Of a stretch of DNA of 64,000 nucleotides, positions 29,201 through 38,000 are shown in pieces. The number at the start of each line of letters is the position of its first letter. The stretch's first letter is position 1. The position numbers were made by a program, and so were the translations under genes. Origin of the DNA: a virus; IMG/VR virus record IMGVR_UViG_3300032214_001034, positions 1-64,000 of that record. One strand, written 5' to 3'. The notes under the pieces were generated by a model. It had not been told where the DNA came from. It worked only from the letters and a program-made list of their open reading frames with translations, and ran no database searches.

Positions 29201-30493
29201 GGATCTGGAAAAATAAAAATAAAGTTGGAGTGGAATGATAATCCATTTATAGCAGGGGTTGCTGTTAAAAGTATTAGTGTTGGTGGAGTTACTTTAACTC
29301 AAAACGACACAAGTGGTACAGAGACTAAAAATATTACAGTAAATAAGCAAATAACTTCTCCAACAACAATCAACAAATCTCAAACTGTTGATGGTGTTAA
29401 TTTTGAAGGACCAACACAAATCGCAAATTATAGAGGAGATTTTATTTCGCCAGTTTTGCAAAATGTGAATGCTTTCCCTAATGATGAAATTCAAGGAAAG
29501 AGTTGGACTTTCAGATGGACAAATGTTGATTTTCCAGTTGATGGTCAGTATACTCTTGAATCTGAGGCAGATGATGAATTAGTAATTAAAGTTGATGGTA
29601 TTAGAGTTGGTTCTTCAAAGGTATTTGAAGGTAGAAGAAAGACAACTTTTAATGCAACTAAAGGAAAGAAAACTATTGAATTAGAATTATCTAATATTCG
29701 TATACCTAATACAGGATTCCAACAAAATCCTACTGTAGGATTTGCTCAAATAACTGTACCAGTTGATGTTGCTACTGGGGTTGGACAGCCATGGTCAACA
29801 AACCCTGTTGGTATTTCTGCCATTCTAATTCCACCTCCTTGTCCAAAGAAAGTAACTGGAAAAGGTGTTGTTTGTAGAGTCGTTGTAGATGATCCTGGAA
29901 ATGGATATCCAACCACTCAGGGACCTGGATATCCTGCAGCACTCAGACTTAGAAGTGTTGAGGTTGAAAATCCAGGAATCAACTATAACTGTGGAGTAGA
30001 TCAAATTCAAATCACTCCAAGTAATGGTGCTCAACTAGGTTATGAGTGTGATACTTTTGGTAGAATTATAAGAGTAAATGTATTAAATCCTGGTCTTGGA
30101 TTTACTGAATATCCAGAAATATCTATTGTATCGCCTCCAGGTGTTGAACCAACTGGCGTTAATGCAACATTTAGACCTCAGTTTGAGATTGTAAGAGATC
30201 CAATCGTTGTTGATCCTGAGATCATTATTCAAGTCACAGATCTTGTTGGTCTTAAGCAGACTGGATATGTTGATGGTCGTCCTTACTACGGTGCCGTATA
30301 CTACAAGGATGGAGTTCGTTATGCTGGATTCTATCAAACGCCAGGAGAACTTGTTCAAGTTTATGATACTCTTCAAGAGAGCATTGATGGTGTTGTTGTT
30401 ACACGTCCATCTGCAATCCAGAGACAGGGTACTGATATTAGCAGTAATGATCCAAGACTCAATATTCCAGGCACGCCTGATGAAATCATTTAA
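26249..30493 (+). CDS. Large virion protein with repeated PA14-like domains
   Basis: Four copies of W..(F/I)P.DG.Y......(D)D/N....I.G, with GxGY baseplate-type segments at both ends. Confidence 0.6.
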   Translation: MSFNIFDFPRKSDITVGYVDPILGYVTGVSICDANEYAKKNPGTTFVFETRDGIRYLNINEVNQLTPEDLPSSADTCTGIVVEGQAESPSVTFSGCGGVGAAGNPVFGRDGSLLAVDLISGGFGYQCPPLVEVRDETGIGVGAVTRSILVGDPEYPDCTFVDTFEVFDQEDDFEDYQICDPVDDVEYGTRYDPDGKPIGRWEPTLYATLSRDPIAREIQKYQDFLQKLSTPWWSTRKENPLRVTSGNRTTRIKHDVQHPGWGGEYGIEKSENFKEVTFKVFTSGGQDKGLVLKFTSQDKSHTFKIKADDFKNDETGQKVTERVKINTIYNVSSEGSFRGRGTEKGIVNALGRGAKEKNPTGKEVVISGNTIFADFLESSNDNDDLQVEATLGKFTSKQIGKGSSRSNFDLKYELRDNSSYTKPAKIDDSFMNKYAISPVPPSNAPGSDFAGQEFTIEWEENFPYDGEYVFRAQADNIGRYYLDNEKLIETTQFRADQTPKVVKKNVKAGVHRIRVDLYNVPIVQNSPSQPKTIFNTVDYIGKADRKLWRLDPRAGKDAGFINQYGVLPFDPNSDRAQSDDFSGTHVIRWEYVEFPKDGNYNIEIMVDDNVTLYIGNRDGGGEKGIGNGLRSVDQGGDEVIIRKVGYSSPSRSTGKSLETRFFKAGKYRIRAELEQIKGRPLSGGNPMALAINIETTATEQQVVSARSWNDNPMGAALTIDAPMPPIPQEPIPQQEGRCPNNPIWTTRFPGAKEKWWPVKFQNAPGLPSWSRFMNRYAISPIPPLAKPGSDGGGIIYRNQWDVDIPYDGFYAFKSTVDNAGRILIDGKPVMQANYIPTTLENTRGGSGSERRSGISAIGSDGIIYNWREENPKSKKIFLSKGLHKIEIEVENGKTNTFQKIDKKIFSTKDWLVPPPAPLPSISPTELNISYVGLNPTNTKLNVNGNRIKIKDGDGNDANATFSIVSSDPGVNARFSSDGTRIEYDGSGKIKIKLEWNDNPFIAGVAVKSISVGGVTLTQNDTSGTETKNITVNKQITSPTTINKSQTVDGVNFEGPTQIANYRGDFISPVLQNVNAFPNDEIQGKSWTFRWTNVDFPVDGQYTLESEADDELVIKVDGIRVGSSKVFEGRRKTTFNATKGKKTIELELSNIRIPNTGFQQNPTVGFAQITVPVDVATGVGQPWSTNPVGISAILIPPPCPKKVTGKGVVCRVVVDDPGNGYPTTQGPGYPAALRLRSVEVENPGINYNCGVDQIQITPSNGAQLGYECDTFGRIIRVNVLNPGLGFTEYPEISIVSPPGVEPTGVNATFRPQFEIVRDPIVVDPEIIIQVTDLVGLKQTGYVDGRPYYGAVYYKDGVRYAGFYQTPGELVQVYDTLQESIDGVVVTRPSAIQRQGTDISSNDPRLNIPGTPDEII

Positions 30494-30517
30494 ATAGTAA
30501 AATAATGATAAGATAAA

Positions 30518-31165
30518 ATGCCAACATCCAGAAATTCAAAAGGTGATAGGTTGCCCAATAGTACAGGCACAAATCCAAATCCTAACGATACAGCAAAACA
30601 AAACTATACTGCAATTCGTCAAGGAAATGATCATGGATCAATTTCTTTTGGACATATTCATCAACCAGCTGACGTAACTGCTGCTGTTAAATTAGAAACT
30701 CCGGATGGAAGACATACCTTTTTCTTAGATGAAGATGGTCCAAGAAAAGGTTGGACTACTTCATTATCGCCAGGCAACTTTCAAGTTGAGTGTGGAAGCG
30801 ATAATGTAGAAGCACAAGACACCTTGATGTTAAATGCAAAAAATGGTAATATAGTTATTGTAGCAACTAATGGAAAAATAAGATTACAAGGAACTGATAT
30901 TGAACTCATTGCTGTAGGTGAAGGTGGTAGTAAGGGAAATATTGTAATGGAAGCAACTGAAACTGTTGCAGTTAGAAAATGTAAAAAGTTCTTAGTCAAC
31001 GCTTCAGTTAATTATAAATTGGCAACATCAGGTCTTGGTGAGATTACTTCTAATAGTAGACTTAAAATTTATGGATCTATTATTCAAGGTGTAACTGACG
31101 CATGTGCTAAGAAAGACTCCAAGAACGGAGGACAACGTTATCAAAAACAAAATAATCGAGTATAA
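30518..31165 (+). CDS. gp5 C-terminal beta-helix-like spike protein
   Basis: NGNIVIVATNGKIRLQGTDIELIA beta-repeat pattern; follows the gp5 region. Confidence 0.45.
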   Translation: MPTSRNSKGDRLPNSTGTNPNPNDTAKQNYTAIRQGNDHGSISFGHIHQPADVTAAVKLETPDGRHTFFLDEDGPRKGWTTSLSPGNFQVECGSDNVEAQDTLMLNAKNGNIVIVATNGKIRLQGTDIELIAVGEGGSKGNIVMEATETVAVRKCKKFLVNASVNYKLATSGLGEITSNSRLKIYGSIIQGVTDACAKKDSKNGGQRYQKQNNRV

Positions 31166-31176
31166 GGAGATTTAAA

Positions 31177-31968
31177 ATGACTGCTGGATGGGATGATGTT
31201 AATGTTGGTGGACAGCTTAAGGTAGGAACAGGTATTGTTCCTGCGATTAAGGAGGGTGATCAAAAAATTAATGGGTCTGCTTTTATTGAAGGACCTGCTG
31301 TGATTGGAAGTCCAACACACTTTCCAACTGCATATGCAACTTTAAATGTTGCGCCATTGACAAATAGTGATCCAGACTCGGTTCCTCCATTTGCTCCAGG
31401 TTCTTTATGTCAAGGATTAAGTAATCCCTATGCACTGTGTGTTTCTGACAATGCAGCAGTGATGGGAAATCTTGACGTGAATTTTAGAATTCAATCGGGA
31501 CGTGATATTATTGCGGGAGGAAATATAATTTCAAATTGTGGTGGACATATTCTTGCTGCTAAGAAAAACTTTGACATCCCTCACCCAACTAAACCAGGAT
31601 ATCGTTTACGTCACACTTGTCCTGAAGGTCCATCAAATGATGTATATTTCCGTGGAAGAGTGACTAATAAAAAAGAAATCATTCTCCCTGGATATTGGAA
31701 AAATCTTGTTGACTGGACAACAATTACGGTTAATTTAACTCCAGTTGGAGCACATCAAAATGTAATTGTAAAAAGAATTGATGAAGAAAAAGTATATCTT
31801 CAAGCACATGGTGGTATGCCAATTGATTGTTTCTACCATATCTTTGCCACTAGAGCGGATGGTGAGAGACTAATTCCAGAATATGAAGGAAAAACACCAG
31901 CAGACTATCCAGGAAACAATGATGAATATTCAGTTTCTGGATACCATTATGACAGAAGGGAGGTTTAA
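31177..31968 (+). CDS. Structural protein with a C-terminal chaperone-like domain
   Basis: KNFDIPHP...LRHTCPEGP..DVYFRG...LPGYW; paralogue of the next gene. Confidence 0.6.
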   Translation: MTAGWDDVNVGGQLKVGTGIVPAIKEGDQKINGSAFIEGPAVIGSPTHFPTAYATLNVAPLTNSDPDSVPPFAPGSLCQGLSNPYALCVSDNAAVMGNLDVNFRIQSGRDIIAGGNIISNCGGHILAAKKNFDIPHPTKPGYRLRHTCPEGPSNDVYFRGRVTNKKEIILPGYWKNLVDWTTITVNLTPVGAHQNVIVKRIDEEKVYLQAHGGMPIDCFYHIFATRADGERLIPEYEGKTPADYPGNNDEYSVSGYHYDRREV

Positions 31969-31970
31969 AC

Positions 31971-32660
31971 ATGGCTGCACCAGGACAACCAAAAAACGCA
32001 GAATTTCCAGGAGAATTTATTCCCTCTCAGGGAGATAAAGATTGTACTGATAGACAAGCTTGGGGTGAACCATCTGTAATTTATTCTTACATCTTTAAAG
32101 GAAACGCGGATCAAAACACATATCCTCCAGATGCATGTCCGCCATATTATCACAAGACTGCACAGATTGATGAACTTCAAGTAAATACAGAAATTAATGG
32201 TTCTGGTAACATTGATATTTCTGGATCTGTAAGAGCATCTCAAGTAACTGCCAGTGGAGTTACTCTAACTTCAAGAAAACCTTTTGATATTCCTCATCCA
32301 AATAAAGATGGGTGGAGGCTTCGTCATGTTTGTTTGGAAGGTCCAGAATCCGGTGTTTACTATCGTGGAAGACTCACTGATTCTAACATTATAAATCTTC
32401 CCGATTATTGGAAAGGATTGGTTGATCCAGAAACAATCACAGTTACTCTTACTCAGATAGGTTCATCTCAAGACTTAATTGTTGATTCTATCGAGTGGGG
32501 ATCTAAAGTAAAAATAAGATCTGGATCTGCATCCAAAATTGATTGTTTCTTTTTGGTTCATGCAGAAAGAGCGGATGGTGAAAAATTAATTGTTGAATAC
32601 CCAGGACAATCTTCCGATGATTATCCTGGAGATAATTCAATTTACAGTATTAATAAGTAG
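31971..32660 (+). CDS. Structural protein with a C-terminal chaperone-like domain
   Basis: KPFDIPHP...LRHVCLEGPESGVYYRG...LPDYW. Confidence 0.6.
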   Translation: MAAPGQPKNAEFPGEFIPSQGDKDCTDRQAWGEPSVIYSYIFKGNADQNTYPPDACPPYYHKTAQIDELQVNTEINGSGNIDISGSVRASQVTASGVTLTSRKPFDIPHPNKDGWRLRHVCLEGPESGVYYRGRLTDSNIINLPDYWKGLVDPETITVTLTQIGSSQDLIVDSIEWGSKVKIRSGSASKIDCFFLVHAERADGEKLIVEYPGQSSDDYPGDNSIYSINK

Positions 32661-32670
32661 GAGATAAAAT

Positions 32671-33015
32671 ATGTCAAAGCATTTTTATTTTATTGATGTC
32701 AATGTAGCAGCTGGTCAAAGCACTCTGACTGCTATTGCCAATGAGTCAGCGACTTTTGGTATTGGTGCAACTTCAATTTTAGAACCCAATGAATTAGTTG
32801 TAGGAACAGCATTGAGTGTTGGAGTAGCATTAAGTGTTGGAACAGGAGTTTCGGTTAGTAGTGGAATTGTAACTGCTACTGGTGGATTTATTAGTGGTAT
32901 TAGCACTAATGGACTGCTGGGAATTTCTACTACACCGATTCAAATAACTCTCAATGGAAATATACTTTCCTTTACTGCTGTGGGAATTGGATCAACTTTC
33001 TTCACACTGGCTTGA
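32671..33015 (+). CDS. Short fibre-like protein
   Basis: VGTALSVGVALSVGTG repeats and the GIVTATGGF motif shared with the fibre genes. Confidence 0.6.
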   Translation: MSKHFYFIDVNVAAGQSTLTAIANESATFGIGATSILEPNELVVGTALSVGVALSVGTGVSVSSGIVTATGGFISGISTNGLLGISTTPIQITLNGNILSFTAVGIGSTFFTLA

Positions 33016-33041
33016 CAGGGGTCCCGTCCATCCCCTATAAT
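33012..33041 (+). promoter_or_regulatory. sigma70-type promoter
   Basis: TTGACA, 18 bp spacer, TATAAT. Confidence 0.75.
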
Positions 33042-33066
33042 AAGAGGGTAATCAACGGACGACCGA

Positions 33067-33249
33067 ATGCAAGACGAGTACCTCACACGCTGCGTGGTGG
33101 ACCCTGTGAAGCGTACAGTGTACCTGTACTCTAATGAAGGGTCAGAAAAGGAAGTGACCTGTGAGACCGTGGAAGAGTTTATGAATGTGCTAGACTTTGT
33201 TCGTGCTACAGTGGATGAAGAAACTCTCTCATACGCAAATCCACTTTAA
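33067..33249 (+). CDS. Hypothetical protein
   Basis: 60 aa ORF downstream of the promoter. Confidence 0.65.
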   Translation: MQDEYLTRCVVDPVKRTVYLYSNEGSEKEVTCETVEEFMNVLDFVRATVDEETLSYANPL

Positions 33250-33308
33250 GTTCCATTTTTGGTCGAAAAAAATCCCGGTAAATTTTCTCACACGATACTT
33301 TTTTCAAA

Positions 33309-33515
33309 ATGAATCCTTATCGCATTAACTACAAAGCACTGAAAGAAGAACCAGTGAAAACCACACCAGAGAATGTGAAGGAAGCAAATGAGAACTTGTT
33401 TCGTGCTAAATGGAATCTTCCTCAAGCAGCAAAGCACTGTGGAATGTCACAAAAAGAAATGAAATTGACATTCTGGGAGTATCTCAAGTATAATCCTATG
33501 ACTTACCAAGCGTGA
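33309..33515 (+). CDS. Hypothetical protein (possible HTH)
   Basis: WNLPQAAKHCGMSQKEMK. Confidence 0.65.
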   Translation: MNPYRINYKALKEEPVKTTPENVKEANENLFRAKWNLPQAAKHCGMSQKEMKLTFWEYLKYNPMTYQA

Positions 33516-33521
33516 GTTTTT

Positions 33522-33594
33522 GCCCGTGTAGTCCAACGGCAGAGACAGGGGACTTAAAATCCCTCCAGTGTCGGTTCGAATCCGACCACGGGTA
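33522..33594 (+). tRNA. trnL: tRNA-Leu(TAA), short variable arm, no encoded CCA
   Basis: Acceptor stem gcccgtg/cacgggt, anticodon loop ctTAAaa, T arm gtcgg-ttcgaat-ccgac, discriminator A. Confidence 0.88.
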
Positions 33595-33638
33595 TGAGGT
33601 TTAACCTCTAAATAAACAAAAGTAATAGGAATATTACT

Positions 33639-33908
33639 ATGAAGTACAGGATTGATTCTGCATATGTTTGGTTCAATCGCGGAAGACAACTTGTTCTTAT
33701 GTACTTTGTAAATCAAGTTCCATTTACTTTTGATGAACTCCCTGACGAATCTTTATTTGACTTGGAGTTGATTGAACTAGCAGACAACGAAAGACGCTTT
33801 GAACCTGAGGACTTGTATCAATCTTCTTACTATCTTATGTTAGAAGAATGTCATCCTTTGCTTTATGAGTTGGATTTAGAAAATCCAGAAATGTTGCCTG
33901 TTGATTAA
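33639..33908 (+). CDS. Hypothetical protein
   Basis: 89 aa between the two tRNAs; TAAATA at 33609-33614. Confidence 0.7.
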   Translation: MKYRIDSAYVWFNRGRQLVLMYFVNQVPFTFDELPDESLFDLELIELADNERRFEPEDLYQSSYYLMLEECHPLLYELDLENPEMLPVD

Positions 33909-33909
33909 T

Positions 33910-33981
33910 GCCCTTGTAGCTCAGTGGTAGAGCAACGGTTTTGTAAACCGTTGGTCGCTGGTTCAAATCCAGTCGGGGGCT
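33910..33981 (+). tRNA. trnT: tRNA-Thr(TGT), no encoded CCA
   Basis: gcccttg/cgggggc, D arm gctc/gagc, anticodon arm acggt-ttTGTaa-accgt, T loop ttcaaat. Confidence 0.92.
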
Positions 33982-34000
33982 CTGAGTTCTATAACTCCAA

Positions 34001-34159
34001 ATGTCACTTATTTCACAACAAGACCGTCAAATGGTCATTGAAGCACTTGAATATTATGTTCAAAAACTTAAGGACGATAATTGTACAGATGCTTCCATCA
34101 CGGCATTTCAAACCCTCCTTAATTGGATCGAACTGGAACATTTCAAGCATGAAAATTAA
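34001..34159 (+). CDS. Small hypothetical protein (52 aa)
   Basis: MSLISQQDRQMVIEALEYYVQKLKDD...LLNWIELEHFKHEN. Confidence 0.55.
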   Translation: MSLISQQDRQMVIEALEYYVQKLKDDNCTDASITAFQTLLNWIELEHFKHEN

Positions 34160-34322
34160 TCTTTGGTATTGCGCTGATATGAATCAGTGGCGTTGGACTC
34201 TTACGGATAATAGTCGTCCTATTTGTCGCCAAGAATCGGGACAGAGACCTTTTCTTCGTGATGCGATGAATGACGTAGCAAATACTGTAGAATATATGTT
34301 AGAATGCAAACAAACTGAGTAA
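34149..34322 (+). CDS. Hypothetical protein
   Basis: MKINLWYCADMNQWRWTL...ESGQ...AMNDVANTVEY, the likely real part of track ORF 33924..34322. Confidence 0.6.
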   Translation: MKINLWYCADMNQWRWTLTDNSRPICRQESGQRPFLRDAMNDVANTVEYMLECKQTE

Positions 34323-34332
34323 AAATACTTAG

Positions 34333-34953
34333 ATGAAATCAGACTTTTATATAGATAGGGTAGGTAAAGAAGAAATCAAAGAACTTCTTTATACCTATCA
34401 TTATCTTAAAGACGAATCCAAAGATTTTAAATCTGGTTTCAATTATGGACTATATCGTAAATCTTTCACAGACATCCTTAGGGTTGGCAGCTGTCTTGGT
34501 GCTTGCGTTTTTACTGGTCTCCCAGTTCCAGAAATTGCCGTAGGTGCTTTTGGTTTAGAAAGAAATCAGCAAGAAGGAATATATGAACTCTCACGTTTGT
34601 GTATTCATCCAGATTTGCAAAAAGAAGAGTATAATATCACATCTTGGTTCGTTAGTCGTTGCATAAGGAGATTTAGGAAAGATGCCCGCGTTCGTGCTAT
34701 TCTTAGTTACGCTGATGCTAATCACCACTCTGGAACTATATACAGAGCTTCTAATTTTGGTTACTACGGTTTAACTGATAAGAAATCTGATTTCTGGATT
34801 AAACAACCAGATGGATCATTTATCAAACATTCAAGGGGTTCAACTAAAGGTGTAGAAGGTGAGTGGAGAGAAAGAAGTAGAAAACATAGATATTTGATGG
34901 TGTTTGACAAAGAACTTCAAAAACGCTTGACATGGGAAGAGGAGAAGTGGTAA
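34333..34953 (+). CDS. mom: Mom-like DNA modification protein (GNAT fold)
   Basis: YHYL, ELSRLC, SWFVSRCIR and ILSYAD..HSGTIYRASNF, typical of Mu Mom homologues. Confidence 0.75.
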   Translation: MKSDFYIDRVGKEEIKELLYTYHYLKDESKDFKSGFNYGLYRKSFTDILRVGSCLGACVFTGLPVPEIAVGAFGLERNQQEGIYELSRLCIHPDLQKEEYNITSWFVSRCIRRFRKDARVRAILSYADANHHSGTIYRASNFGYYGLTDKKSDFWIKQPDGSFIKHSRGSTKGVEGEWRERSRKHRYLMVFDKELQKRLTWEEEKW

Positions 34954-34956
34954 AAT
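34927..34956 (+). promoter_or_regulatory. sigma70-type promoter
   Basis: TTGACA, 18 bp spacer, TAAAAT preceded by TGG (extended -10). Confidence 0.65.
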
Positions 34957-34998
34957 ATAAGTTCCTTCCGTGTGAAAGAAGTCATTGTGCTTCCTTGA

Positions 34999-35022
34999 AC
35001 CTCTCTTCGGGGAGGTTTTTTT
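34999..35022 (+). terminator. Intrinsic terminator
   Basis: aacctctc-ttcg-gggaggtt with a UUCG tetraloop and T run. Confidence 0.8.
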
Positions 35023-35063
35023 ATGGATAAATAATCCATAACGGAACTATAAGCACTAATAAG

Positions 35064-38000
35064 ATGGGTCTTTCCAGATTAGATAATTTTCTGAAGTCTT
35101 CGCGTGGTACTATTCTTTATGTTGATCCAAACAGTTTGGATGCGACTGATAGTATTGAGAACCAAGGTAATTCACTTACACGCCCATTCAAAACAATTCA
35201 ACGTGCTCTGATTGAAGCGGCAAGATTTTCATATCAGAGAGGATTAAATAACGATAGATTTAGTAAGACAACAATTTTACTTTATCCTGGAGATCACATT
35301 GTTGACAACCGTCCTGGATGGATTCCTGATGGTGTAAACAATTTTAGATTGCGTAATGGATCAACATCAAATAACCTTCCACCATACGATTTAAACTCTA
35401 ATTTTGATTTAACAACAGCAGATAATGAACTTTATAAGCTGAATAGTATTCATGGTGGAGTAATTCTTCCAAGAGGAACATCAATTGTTGGTCTTGACCT
35501 GCGTAAGACTAAGATCAGACCAAAATATGTTCCTAGCCCAACAAACGACAATATTGAAAGATCTACAATTTTCAGAGTAACTGGAACTTGCTATTTGTGG
35601 CAATTCTCTCTGTTTGATGCTGATCCAAACGGAGTTTGTTACGTTGACTATACTTCAAACACATTCGTTCCAAACTTCTCACACCATAAACTTTCTTGCT
35701 TTGAGTATGCTGATGGTGTAAATGATGTCAATATTAATGATGACTTTATGACATATTCAACAGATCGTACAGATCTGGATATGTATTATGAAAAAGTTGG
35801 TCTTGTTTATGGTCAATCATCTGGTCGTGCAATTGAACCAGATTATCCGAGTTCTGGTCTTGACATTCAACCAAAAATTGATGAATTTCGTATTGTTGGT
35901 TCTACTGGTGCTTCAGTTGGAATTACCAGTATCAAATCGGGTGATGGTGTAACAGCAACTACTGACATTACTCTTACAACTGCATCAGCTATTGATGGTC
36001 TGGATGTCGATACGCCATTCCGTGTTAGAGGAATTACTTCAGATCCATCAATCTATAATGGTCAATTTGTAGTTGCAGAGAAGTTAAGTTCAACTGAGAT
36101 CATTTATCAAGTTCAAAATGCTCCTACAAATCCACTTCCAACTGTAACTGGATCTACGCTCTCACTTCAGTCAGATACTGTAACCTCAGCATCTCCATAT
36201 ATTTTCAATATCTCTCTGAGATCTGTATATGGAATGTGTGGTCTTCTTGCTGATGGTGATAAGGCAACTGGATTTAAATCCATGGTTGTTGCACAGTTCA
36301 CTGGTATTGGTCTGCAGAAAGACGATAATGCTTTTGTAAAATATAGCACAGTAACTGGAACTTATAATGACAGCACTCAACTAGCTGGTGCTAATCTTAG
36401 TAATGATTCAAGAGCAGTATTCAAGCCATCATATAGAAACTTCCATATTAGAGCAGCAAATAATGCATTCATTCAGTGCGTCTCAGTTTTCGCAATTGGA
36501 TATGCTGAGCATTTCTCTGCTGAGAATGGTGGTGATATGTCCATCACCAACTCTAACTCAAACTTTGGTGCAAAGGCACTGATTGCTTCTGGATTTAGAA
36601 AAGAAGCATTCCCTCAAGACGACACGGGATATATCACACACATTATTCCACCAAAAGAGATTCCTTTAACTGAAACTTCAATTGAATTTAGTTCTATTGA
36701 TGTTAATAAGACTGTAGGGGTTGCATCAACAGCACATCTCTTCCTTTATGGTGAAACAAATGCTGACGTTCCACCAGAAAATGTTATTGAAGGATATAGA
36801 ATTGGTGCAAGACAGGATGATAATCTGAGAGTTCTTGTCTCTTATGCTGGATCTGTTACAGAGTATAGTGCTCGCATCACGATGGATGGAGCAACATCTA
36901 GTTCTGAGAAAGTATTTACTGTAAATCAGAGTCCAACAGGTATTAATAGTATTGGTGCAACTTATGGTAATGGTGCAAATGTAATTACATTTACTCAAGC
37001 ACACACACTCGCTGATGGAGAATCTGTTCGCGTAATTAGTGACAATGGTCAATTGCCAGATGGATTGATTCCAAATAACGTTTTCTATGCAATTACCAGC
37101 GGATTAACTACAAACACTGATATTAAACTTGCTAAAACATTAAACGAAGCTCTGATTGGAACTGCTCTTCCCATTAATGAAAAGGGCGGTCTCCTGAAAG
37201 TTGTAAGTAGAGTATCTGATAAGAATTCGGGTGATATTGGACACCCAATTCAGTATGATACTACTAATTCGCAATGGTTTATCAACGTATCCGCAGCATC
37301 AACTGAGAACTCAATCTACTCAACAATTGTTGGACTTGGTTCTACTGCACTTGGAGATGCAACTCCAAGAACATTCATAAAAAGAAAGTCTGATAATAGA
37401 AACGCAAACGACACATTATATCGTTTAAGATATGTTGTTCCTAAGAATATCAATTCTGGAGTAGCAAGACCTCCAAGTGATGGATTTATTCTTCAAGAAT
37501 CCAATACATCTATCGGTTCTACTGATGGCGAAATTCAAACCTATTTTGGTAGTGGATCTCTATCAAATGTAAATGAGCAAAGAAACTTTAGATTTATTGC
37601 TGATGCAACTTGGGATGGATCATCGACAGTTAATGTAACTACAGAACTTCCGCACAATCTGATCGTTGGATCTGAAGTTGAACTTGTAAATGTCACAAGT
37701 ACCCTTAATACTACAGGTGTTGCTGGAACAGCATTCAATAGAAAGTATTATGTTACTGGAATCAGCAGTGCAAAGCACTTTGCTGTTGGATTAACAACCA
37801 ATCCAGGAACATTTACGAATGATACTTCGGCAAGAAACACTTCATTGCCATATTTCAGAAGAAAAACATATAATAACTCCTACTACATTTACAGAAATCA
37901 GGAAGCACAAAAGTTTGTAAGTGGTGAGCAAGACGGTATTTACTATCTGACTGTATTGAATTCTTCTAATTCACCAACAGTTGCTCCATTCACTAATGAA

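Noticed and set aside
33250-33308. A/T-tract intergenic element (aaaaaaatcccggtaaatttt) as an origin or regulatory site
   Set aside because: It is single-copy in the window, with no iterons or stable structure to support a call.
33924-34148. N-terminal part of track ORF 33924..34322
   Set aside because: It overlaps tRNA-Thr and a better ORF (34001..34159); the likely start is the ATG at 34149.
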